Assembly (NCBI GenBank): GCA_000388065.2
Contig: KB932211.1
Source: Fonticula alba ATCC 38817
Taxonomy: Eukaryota > Protista > Nucleariida
DNA length: 30,748 bases
Direction: 5' to 3' (one strand)
Made by a program: the position numbers and the translations under genes. The notes under the pieces are model-generated. The model did not search any database and had not been told where the DNA came from. It saw only the letters and a list, made by a program, of their open reading frames with translations. Below are positions 9,525-18,280 of this stretch, one piece after another (the stretch's first letter is position 1; each line of letters opens with the position of its first letter).

Positions 9525-11837
9525 TCACCGGGGCTGGGCAGTTAGTCTGAGGTAGGGCGAATCCTTGGCCAGCAGCGGCTCAAAGTGATTCAGGGTCATG
9601 CGGAGGAGAGGCGACGGCATGTTGGCCTCGCGGTACAGCTGCGACAGGGAGATGTCGGGCTTGGCGCGCAGCTGCTCATGCAGCTCGTGCAGCCGGAAGG
9701 CCAGGCTCCGGGCATACATCGGGGTGGAGAAGTCCGGCGCATGGACCCGCAGCGAGTTGATCACCTGCGGGATGGTGCAGCCCAGATCCGCGGCCAGGTG
9801 GTGCACCAGCGGCGGCGGATACCGGCCCCGGATGGCGTCCAGCAGCTCCGGCAGCCGGCCATCCGGCACATACATCCCCCCGGGGCCGGCCCCGGCCTCC
9901 GGCCCGAGGGCCAGGAAGAAGTACTCCGGGCAGTAGCGATGGAGCAGGGAGAAGGTCTGGTCCGGCGTCAGGCCCAATTGCCTGGCGATGTCGGGCACGG
10001 TGTACCGCATGCGCCGGATGCCGCGGTCCGGGCTGCCGGCCGCCGGCCCGGCCAGCTGCCGCGCCAGGCGCCGCAGGCGGATGATGCCCTCCGTGGGCAG
10101 GGTGATCATCGGCCGCGAGAGGAACACATCGCGCAGCGACCGGTCGATGGTGCGCCGGATCAGGCCCACCGACACGCCCAGGTGCTGGCTGGCCTCGATC
10201 GGGCTGAGCGGCGGCCGCAGGGCCAGCAGCCGCCGGAGGCGCCCCTCGAAGGCCGGGTCGAAGTCCGCATCCAGATGCCGGAGGTCCGGCTGCTCGGGCG
10301 GGTGCTGCGCCGGGTCGAACACCCGGACCAGGTCCGACCGGCGCCAGTCTATCGCCCGGCTGCTTTGGGCCATGGTCAGCAGGTTGGCCGGCTTGGAGCC
10401 CGGCTGGTGGGACTGCCGCCGGACCGGCGAGTCCTCCGGCAAATACCGGGCCACATACTGCCGCATGGAGGTGATGTCGGTCAGCAGGAAGGCCCCGCTC
10501 CCCGGCCGGGGGGGGGCCTCCTCGGCCAGGGGCTTCGGGAAGTACCGGACCACCGTATTCCACAGCGACTTGTAGGGGACCCCCATGGCCTGGGCGATGA
10601 ACGGCAAGGTGGCATCCTTCCGGAGCAACTCCCGCAAGGAGGCCTCCTGCTCGGCCGGCAGGGCCTGGCGCACGGCCCTGAAACGCTGGTCGCACAGCCG
10701 CGAGTCCTGGCGGAAGACCGTCAAATAGGCGATGGCCACCCGGCGGGCGGTTTCCCGCAGCCGGGCCTCGGCCTCCGAGTCGGCCTGGAGCTCGGCCGTC
10801 CGCAGGGCCCGCTCCAGCAGGTCCAGCCGATCCGGCCAGGGGATCGCCTCGGACTGGGGGATGCCCCGGTGGCCGCGGCGCCCGGCCGGCGGGGCCAGGT
10901 GCACCGGGTCGCCCGGGCCACCGGGGCCACCGGGCCCGGCGAGCCCAAAGCCACCCCCGGCGAGGCCGCCGGCGCCACCGCCACCGGCAAGGCGATCGGC
11001 CTCGGCCTCGGCGTCGGAGTCCAGCCCATCCCCATCCCCGGGGTGGGGCCTCCCCTGGAGGTACTTGGCCATCGTTTGCTTGAGCAGCAGCGGCGACACC
11101 GACAGCAGCGTGGAGATCTGGTGCAGCGGCACGGCCGGCGCGATGGCGCACAGCTCGCGCAGCCGCTGCAAGCACGGCCGCGGGGTCAGGTCCACCCCGG
11201 GCGCGTGCTGCTGGATGAGCTGCACCACGGTCGGCCGCGACACCCCCAGCAGCCGGGCCAGCAGGATCTTCCCCGGCGGCGGGTCCCGGTGGACCAGCAG
11301 CAGAAAGTTGTCGGCCAGGTGCGGGCAGCTCAGCGCCCCGGCCTGCGAGCCCCGCGGCGGCGGCAGGCCAAGGCCGTCCTTGACAAAGCGCCCGATCAGG
11401 GCGCTGGTCGTGGCGCAATCCAGCCCCATCAGCCGGGCCTTGGTGTTCAGTGACACCGCCGGCGCGTGGAGGCCCACCAATTGCAGGAAGAAGCGCAAGC
11501 ACCCGACCGACTGGAAGCCCGATGGCAGGGGCGCCCGGCCGGCCTCGATGTCCCGCAAGAGCCGGGCCCCGGCCGTGTTGCTCACCGGGCCCAGGTCATA
11601 CGGATCGGCCTCGTGCTTGGGGAAGGCCGGGCGCGCACTCGCGGCCGGTGGGGCCGCGGCCCGGCCCGGGGCACTCGCCGGCTTTCGGGGCGCCCGGCCG
11701 GCCGGGCCTTCGACATCGGGCCGGGCCAGCCCGCTGGCCTGGGCGCTGGCCCGAGGGGCCGAGGCCATGCTCACCTTGGCCCGGGGACCGAGGGCCCCGG
11801 CAAGTGGCCCAAGTTGCCGACACACCAGACGCAACAT
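9525..11837 (-). CDS. Intronless 770-aa protein with a predicted mitochondrial presequence and eight tandem tri-helical helix-turn-helix-like repeats
   Basis: ATG at 11837 follows a (CT)n 5'UTR tract. The N-terminus MLRLVCRQLGPLAGALGPRAKVSMASAPRASAQASGLAR is Arg/Ala/Ser/Leu-rich with no acidic residues. Repeated motif hxxhAxxLGhSxxxhxxhhxxh, e.g. YTVPDIARQLGLTPDQTFSLLHRY. TGA at 9525-9527. Confidence 0.8.
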   Translation of the reverse strand: MLRLVCRQLGPLAGALGPRAKVSMASAPRASAQASGLARPDVEGPAGRAPRKPASAPGRAAAPPAASARPAFPKHEADPYDLGPVSNTAGARLLRDIEAGRAPLPSGFQSVGCLRFFLQLVGLHAPAVSLNTKARLMGLDCATTSALIGRFVKDGLGLPPPRGSQAGALSCPHLADNFLLLVHRDPPPGKILLARLLGVSRPTVVQLIQQHAPGVDLTPRPCLQRLRELCAIAPAVPLHQISTLLSVSPLLLKQTMAKYLQGRPHPGDGDGLDSDAEAEADRLAGGGGAGGLAGGGFGLAGPGGPGGPGDPVHLAPPAGRRGHRGIPQSEAIPWPDRLDLLERALRTAELQADSEAEARLRETARRVAIAYLTVFRQDSRLCDQRFRAVRQALPAEQEASLRELLRKDATLPFIAQAMGVPYKSLWNTVVRYFPKPLAEEAPPRPGSGAFLLTDITSMRQYVARYLPEDSPVRRQSHQPGSKPANLLTMAQSSRAIDWRRSDLVRVFDPAQHPPEQPDLRHLDADFDPAFEGRLRRLLALRPPLSPIEASQHLGVSVGLIRRTIDRSLRDVFLSRPMITLPTEGIIRLRRLARQLAGPAAGSPDRGIRRMRYTVPDIARQLGLTPDQTFSLLHRYCPEYFFLALGPEAGAGPGGMYVPDGRLPELLDAIRGRYPPPLVHHLAADLGCTIPQVINSLRVHAPDFSTPMYARSLAFRLHELHEQLRAKPDISLSQLYREANMPSPLLRMTLNHFEPLLAKDSPYLRLTAQPR

Positions 11838-13256
11838 CGGGCCGCCCGCAACCGCACGGTGCCAGGAGGAAGGACGTGCGGCGCGCTGGACGGGATGGCG
11901 CGGCCACCGGCGGGGAGGGGGGGAGAGAGAGAGAGAGAGAGGTAGCGGCTGCGTGCGGGACCGCGCGCCGGGTGGATGGAGGGGCAGAGGGCGAAGTGCT
12001 GAGCGCGAGATACGGAAAAGAGGGGGCGGAGGAGCGGAGGAGGGAGATCTAAAGCAAGATGCCGGGCTCCGTGCGAGGGGCGCGCACTCCGCGCCCTGAA
12101 GAAGGCTGGCACCTGGGGCCGACCCAACGGGGCGGGTGATTCTGCCGGGGGTGTGATGCGTGTCACGTGTCGCGGCTAATCGGGCAGTCGTTCTGCCCGG
12201 CTGTGGGAGTTTCCCTGGGCGCCCAGACATGCCTGGTCGCGCGCGCGCGCGCGCGGGGGGCGCCGCGGCCACTCCCCATGGTGTGCTGAGGGGCATTTTC
12301 GGGATTTGTCTCGGAGTTTCGCTCTTTTTTTTCTTTTCCCCCGGGGGGGGGGGCGGCTCTCGGCGGCATGCGCTACACATCCGGCGGGCAGAGGGCTTCG
12401 CCCGTGCCAGTGGGGGGCGGGGGGCTAGATGGGCGTGTGCGCGCCGGCCCCGACAGGCGCGCAGGGGGGCCGGGGCCGTGAGCCGGGTCGTCCCGCCGTC
12501 CGCCGGCGCCACCCCCCCCCCCCCCCCCCCCGGTGTGTGCGTGTGCGAGTGCGCCTGCGCGAGGGTACGCGTCGGTTCGCGCACGGGCGTGGGCAAAGTT
12601 GGCTGCTCGATATTAGTATTCATTGTGCCGCCCCCCGAACCGATTGCCGGGGCCTCTTGCCCTGGTCCCGGATCTCGCCCGAACTTTCCCCCTTGGGGGC
12701 TCTCTCGGGTCATTCTTGACCCCCTCCCATTGGCCTGCCCTCTCTTTCGGCAGCAGGCACGACGCTCGCCGGTGTCGCGCAGGGGACCGGGGAACCAGCC
12801 GGCGCCCGGTCCGCGTCTCACCTCGCCCCGCGCACGATGAGGAATGCATGGGGCGGCCCGGGCCCGCGCGGGAAAGGCATGTCCCCCCCTCCCCGGCTGT
12901 GGCGGTGGGTGCCCCCCGGCCCCGCGCATTCGCGCGCCCACCGCCCGCACCGCCCCGCACCCCTCGCCCCTTGGCCGGGCCCCGGGCCGGACAGCATGAG
13001 AAGAAGAAAGAAGAAAGTCGGCGCGGGGGACGACCCTTGCATACCCAACGGAAACTGTGTATTGGGGGGGGGGGGAGAGAAGAACGAGGGAGGAGAGCAT
13101 GCCAGGGGGAAGAGGCCCGAGGGGAGAGGGAGACACGCGGAGGGGAGACACGACCCCCCTCGCCGGGGGGCCCCCTAGCCCCGAGGGCCCTCGCTGGCAT
13201 GGGGCATGCGGCGGCGCGCGCCGGGCCGCCGGACGCGCGGCACGGCCGGGCGCCAC

Positions 13257-14144
13257 TCACAGCAGGTAGGCGGCGACCATGGCGACGGCGGCGGCGGCGG
13301 CCGGCACGGCGGCGGTCAGGGCGGTGGCGCTGTTGAAGCGGTACTCCGGGTCGAAGGTCACCATCTTGATGTCGTGCTTCTCGATGGGGTCCACGCAGAA
13401 GGGGGTGATCTTCTTCATGAGGTAGTGCAGGCCGGAGTTCTTGGGGCACAGCAGGTCGATGAAGTCCATGAGGGAGTTCTCGCCGCAGAACATGGACACA
13501 TCGTTGCCGATGACGCCGCGCTCGACGGCGCAGTGCATGTGCTTGCCGAAGAAGTCCGCGCACTTCTTCGGGAACTTGCACAGCTTGCCGATGTCGGGCG
13601 CGCCGCCGGTCTCGTCGCTGTCGTCATCGGAGAAGTCCAGGTACCCGGCGCACACCTTCTCCATGTCCTCGGCGACCTTCTCCAGCTGGTCGTCACGGCA
13701 GCCGTCCGACGGGAAGGAGGACCCCTTGTTGACGGGGAAGTTCGACGGGCAGGTGAACTTGCTCAGGTCGATGGCCGCCGCGAGCCCGGCATTCTGGCAC
13801 ATCGACGCATAGAGGGCCAGGTGCTCCGAGCACAGGGGGTACGCGTCGTCGCGGTGCATGGTCTTGCGGGTCAGCTCGTGGGCCATGGTGGCGCAGACCA
13901 CCGCCTTGTGGTGGGTCTCGAAGGCCTGGGCGGTGCAGCCCTGCCCGGAGGCCAGCAGCCTCTGCGAGTCGGCGATGTACGTGCCGCTGGCGCAGACGGA
14001 GAAGTCGAAGTCCGAGGTGGCGGCCGCCGAGACGTTGGCCTGGGCCAGGCCGGCCTCCTGCTGGTTGAACATGGCGGGGCTCACGCCGAGGGCGGCGGTG
14101 AGGGTGGCCACGAGCACGCGCTGGGGGTTGGTAAGATCGACCAT
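13257..14144 (-). CDS. 295-aa Cys-rich (14 Cys) secreted protein, probably GPI-anchored
   Basis: Strong accATGG start, weakly hydrophobic N-terminus (RVLVATLTAALGVSPA), strong GC3 codon bias, and a C-terminal small-residue site NSA followed by a hydrophobic tail (TALTAAVPAAAAAVAMVAAYLL) with no cytoplasmic residues. Confidence 0.85.
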   Translation of the reverse strand: MVDLTNPQRVLVATLTAALGVSPAMFNQQEAGLAQANVSAAATSDFDFSVCASGTYIADSQRLLASGQGCTAQAFETHHKAVVCATMAHELTRKTMHRDDAYPLCSEHLALYASMCQNAGLAAAIDLSKFTCPSNFPVNKGSSFPSDGCRDDQLEKVAEDMEKVCAGYLDFSDDDSDETGGAPDIGKLCKFPKKCADFFGKHMHCAVERGVIGNDVSMFCGENSLMDFIDLLCPKNSGLHYLMKKITPFCVDPIEKHDIKMVTFDPEYRFNSATALTAAVPAAAAAVAMVAAYLL

Positions 14145-14265
14145 GGTGGAGGTGGGGGGGGGGGGAGAGAGAGAGAGAGAGAGAGGACAGTCCGCTGGGG
14201 GAAGGGAGACTGGCGAAATGGGAGTTGTCCATGGGACCCTGTGGTCCGGGCCGCCAGGGGGGATC

Positions 14266-14273
14266 TATTTATA
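14266..14273 (-). promoter_or_regulatory. TATA box (TATAAATA) of the GPI-protein gene
   Basis: Consensus TATAWAWA in otherwise very GC-rich DNA, 122 nt upstream of the ATG at 14144. Confidence 0.6.
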
Positions 14274-15728
14274 TGGGTGGTGCCGCGGGCGGGCGGGCGG
14301 GCGTGCGTGCGTGTCCCGGCACGCGAGGCGCCGCGCCCCGGGTCCAGCAAGGGGGCAGCCCGGCGCCGGACAGCAGGTCTCCCGACGCGCGATGCGGCCG
14401 GCCGCCCGCGGGCCCCGGCGCCGGGCCTCCCGTGCCTTGGCACCCTGGCCGGCTGCGGACGCGGTGCGCCCTCGGCCCCGCCTGCCGCTGCCGTCACCGC
14501 CGCCGGGCGGATATGGATGCATGTGTGCGGGCTGTCGCCCTCGCCGCGCGCGCGCGCGCGCCGGACCGCAGGCCGGCATCTTGCCCGCCGGCAACCACCA
14601 ACCAGGCCACCGTGCCTGGTTGTCGGGCCGCCATGGGGCCGCCATCGCCGCGCATGCGCACCCAGTGACTGGGCGGGGAGGGACGGGGGGCGACACCGGG
14701 CAATGGCGCCCGAGGCCTCGCGCCCATACACCAGGCTGCCGTCGATCGCCCGGCCGCCGGAGAGAAGATCGGCCAAAAGGGGAAGGGTGTCCCCCGGGCC
14801 CGCGGCTGCGCCTCGGGGGTGGCCCCGGTCGCGCGGGCGTGCGCGGGCACGCGTCCTGGCTTCGGAAAAAAGGGCCCCTTCCCGTGCCGGTGACCGCGTT
14901 GCCGGCGCGCCGTGGGGCGCGGGGCCGCAGGCTGGTCGACGCGCAGCAGCGCAGAACACCCCTCCCCCTTCGGCCGCTGATGGGGCGCACCCATTCCGGG
15001 GCCCCTTCCAGAGGGGCATGCACGCGCGCACCTGTGCCCGGGGCCCGCGCGATCTAGACCCCCCACGGTGGAATGTGTGTGCCTGTTTACGAGGGACCGC
15101 GCGCGCGCGCGCGGGGCCCTTGGCAAGCGCGCACGCCCCCGCGCCCGGGGGGGGGGGGGGGGGCGGGGCCGGCCGCGCCGAAGCCCGGCGCAAGGGGAGA
15201 ATGGCCGGCGGCGCCCCTGACCACCCAGGCGGCGGGGCCCCGGCCCCGAGGGCGGAATGCGCCGCGGCAGGCAGTCCCGCCCCACGCGCGCGCGAGAGCT
15301 GGTGCACGCAGGAAAGCCGATTGACTGGCATGCGCCGAGCGCGCAAGCGCCCCCCGGCTGGCCGTGCGCACGCGCGCCCCCTCCCCCGACGCGCCAGCCC
15401 CGCTCCCCCTGGCGGCGGGGGTCCAGCCCGCCGGGGCCCTGGTGCGTGGGAAGCTCTCGGGGCGCCCCCGGAATCGGGCGGCCGCCCTGAGGCACGCGCG
15501 CTCGCGCGGAAAAAATGCGCCCCCGCAGGAGAGAGGACGAGACCATGGCCGCGGGGCCGGGGCCGGCGGGGTCCGGCGTAGCGGGACAGGGGACTCTCCT
15601 CTCGCCGGGGGGCGGGGCGGGATCGCAAATAAAAACAGGGGCACACACACACACACACACACACACCGGGGCCGAATGCCACGGCCAAGGGGGCCCCGCG
15701 CGAGACACGTCGGCAAACAAAAAGAACG

Positions 15729-15800
15729 CTCCCGATCCGGGAATTGAACCCGGGCCTCCCGCGTGACAGGCGGGGATTCTCACCACTATACTAATCGGGA
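15729..15800 (-). tRNA. tRNA-Asp(GTC): tRNA-Asp, anticodon GTC
   Basis: Reverse complement TCCCGAT TA GTATAGTGGTGAGAAT CCCCGC CTGTCAC GCGGG AGGC CCGGG TTCAATT CCCGG ATCGGGA G. Perfect acceptor stem; T5 terminator (plus-strand A5 at 15719-15723). Confidence 0.96.
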
Positions 15801-15873
15801 TGGTGGTCATGCTGCTGCCCGGGCGGCAGTCGTATATGAGGGTTTTGCCGGGGGACGGCGGCACAAAAAGCAA

Positions 15874-15945
15874 GGGGAAATCCGGGAATCGAACCCGGGA
15901 CCTCTCGCACCCTAAGCGAGAATCATACCACTAGACTAATTTCCC
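15874..15945 (-). tRNA. tRNA-Pro(AGG): tRNA-Pro, anticodon AGG
   Basis: Reverse complement GGGAAAT TA GTCTAGTGGTATGAT T CTCGC TTAGGGT GCGAG AGGTC CCGGG TTCGATT CCCGG ATTTCCC C. Oligo-T terminator follows. Confidence 0.96.
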
Positions 15946-16188
15946 CGGCCATGCGGAGGGACCACCCCCCAGCGGCCTTTATTTCCGCCTCCAGAGATCC
16001 CTGGGCCCGGTGGCCGAAGCTGGTGGCCGCCCCGCCCTGCCCCTCCCCCCCCAGGGCGGTGAGCATACCCGCACGATACCCCCGGGCTCGCCCCCGCTGA
16101 CGCACACGGTGCGAGCATGAAACGCGCATGCCGCAAGCACGAGACACGCAGGCTGAGGTGGACACACAGGCCGACAGTCTATTCGGCC

Positions 16189-17640
16189 CTACAGCAATGG
16201 GCTCGGCATGACCACGGCCCACTGCTCGGCCGTGAAGAAGTCCTGCACCTCCGGGGAGTTCCGCAGCAGAGGGTGCTGGACGACCCTGCGCGCAGGGGCA
16301 CGCGCACAAGGCCGCGGACAGGCAGAAAAGACGCGCACCCGAGGAGGGGGGAAACAGTGTCAGCACACAGACACACACACACACACAGAGAGAGAGACAC
16401 ACCGGCTGGCCATCCGGCGAAAGGGGAAAGGCACAAGAGCATGCGCCTGCGCGCGTACCAATTGCAAAAGAGCGTCAGGTTCTTCATGCGGTTGTTGATG
16501 AACTCCGGCTCGAAGCGCTCTATTGATCGTCCCGCCCGTACACACGGACGCCGGCGCACGATGGTCAGTATCGCGATCACACCACCGCGGCCGCCCGACG
16601 GGAACGCCCCGAAAGGGGGGGGGGGGGGACAGAACGCACGAAAGACCCTCCCCGGCGGGATGCCGATGATCGGCACCCGCCGGCCGTATTCCCGCAGTAG
16701 GAACTCGTAGAACAGCGAAAAGTCGTTGTACCGCCGCCGGACCGTCCGCGTGCCCGGACTCCAGACATTGGTCTGCCTCCGGCGAAGGGGGCCGGCGAGG
16801 GGCAACACACGGCCACGACCGGGCGCCAGCCGCGCCGGCACAGGCCGCCACAGGCCGCCACCGGGCCGAGAGCCCGGCACACGAACCGAGGACCGCGAGG
16901 GATGCACAGGCACGAGGGACGGTGAGACAGAAGGAACGGAGGCAGGAAGGCGGCGATCCAGCGAGACATGGCCGCAGGCAGGGCGAAAGGCACGAGCCCA
17001 CCTGTGTCGTGACCGAGTACTGCGTGAACCCGTCGGTCGAGGGGTCCGAGATGGACACCCGCGCAAAGGCACTCTGGTGCGGCTCCCGGCTGCCGGGCCC
17101 GACGATCGGCACCGGCACATCCACCAGCAGGCCCCTCCCATCGAGGTCGCCATCCCCGGCCCCGGGGCCGCCGCTGCCATGGCCCCCCAGCAGCACCTGC
17201 CCCCCGGGGAGCAGGGCATACGCATCGAGGGACCCCTGCGCCGAGAGGCTCTCCAAGGAGGAGGACGCATCCGACATGGGGCTGGCCGCTTCGCCGGCAT
17301 GCGGCCACGCCCCCGCCCCGGCAGGGGCCTGGTACGAGTGCGACACCGGCGACTCGACCGAGAAGCTGGGCGCCCGGCGGCCGGCCGGCGCGTCGGACGC
17401 CTCCACGGCCGCCGGCGCAAAGCAAAAGCCCAACATCCCGCGCAGGATCAGCTCCGCCTCGGCCGACCCCCCGGCCGCCGTGGCCAGCAGCTGCGCCGCC
17501 GCGGCCAGCCCCTCCGGCGCGTCCCCCTCCGGGGGCTGGAGCCCGGCATCGTCCTCCTCGCTGGAGGAGCAGGAAAAGACATCGTCCCCCGGGGGCCGCG
17601 GGCCGCCGCGGGAGGCGGGGCGCGAGTCTGCCAGGTGCAT
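16189..17640 (-). CDS. PX (Phox homology) domain protein, sorting-nexin-like, PX at the C-terminus with no BAR domain. Exons 17640-17002, 16772-16640, 16519-16459, 16285-16189; the true start may be further upstream
   Basis: The spliced product reads ISDPSTDGFTQYSVTTQ|TNVWSPGTRTVRRRYNDFSLFYEFLLREYGRRVPIIGIPPGRVF|QRFEPEFINNRMKNLTLFCN|WVVQHPLLRNSPEVQDFF, with the PX hallmarks RRY, the Pro loop and the distal Arg. Phases 0,1,2 all match. The ATG at 17640 directly follows a CAG, so it may be an acceptor for an upstream exon. Confidence 0.88.
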
Positions 17641-18280
17641 CTGTGCGAGCGTCTCGGGTGACAAAGGGCCAGCCGAGGAGAAGAAAGCAAGAAAAGGAGA
17701 GAGAGAGAGAGAGAGAGAGAGAGGAGCACAGGTACGATGGCTTCCCCGGTGTCGTTGACCTTCCGGCCACGGCGCCCCGCTTTCGCTCCCTCGCGCCCTC
17801 CACACACCGGCCCTCGCTTTTTGCTGGCCGGAGGCCGAGACACCGGCGCCCTCCGGAGGAGACCCCCCCCCCCCCGCCCGAGAGCCCAGCCCGAGCGCAC
17901 ACACACCGGGCTTGATCAAAACAAGCGACACGCCCGGGAGCGGGGGCGGCGGCCGCCATGTCGCGTATCACGCCCGGCCGGCAGCTGACGCGCCAATGGC
18001 ATTCCGCATGCTGACAACGCACGGCGCGCCCGATCGAACGTGGACCTTCTCGACGCCTCGCCCGGCCTGCGGCCGGCCGGCGATCCGACCCGGCCTGCGG
18101 GCCCACTTTCGGAGGCCGCGCCAAAACAACCCCTTTTTTCCGCCACACGCCTGCCCCCCCTTGCGCCCCGGCAACAGGGGCACCCCATTCCCACCCGATT
18201 CGCCTCCCCTCCCTCCCCATCCCGCCCCCCCGCCCTTGCCAGCGCCCATCCCCCCCCCCCCTCCTCCCCCCCTTGACAAC

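Noticed and set aside
9585-11453. Long antisense ORFs (9585..11453 +; also 1..993 -, 21709..22821 -, 25670..27928 +) and alternative-frame ORFs (70..1239 +, 1357..3753 +)
   Set aside because: Shadow ORFs expected opposite or overlapping GC3-rich coding sequence; Arg/Gly/Pro/Ala-rich with no motifs.
9525-11837. Poly-HTH gene as a transposase or mobile element
   Set aside because: No DDE/RNase H catalytic region, terminal inverted repeats or target-site duplication visible, and it has a presequence-like N-terminus.
11838-13256. N-terminal 473 codons of the 1243-aa ORF 9525..13256
   Set aside because: Runs through G/C homopolymers, T tracts and a GA microsatellite with no codon bias. It is an open frame produced by high GC; the credible start is ATG 11837.
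17641-17960. Upstream coding exons for the PX gene (e.g. MAAAAPAPGRVACFDQ from ~17960)
   Set aside because: Plausible donors exist, but no phase- or homology-supported chain could be fixed, so they were left unannotated.
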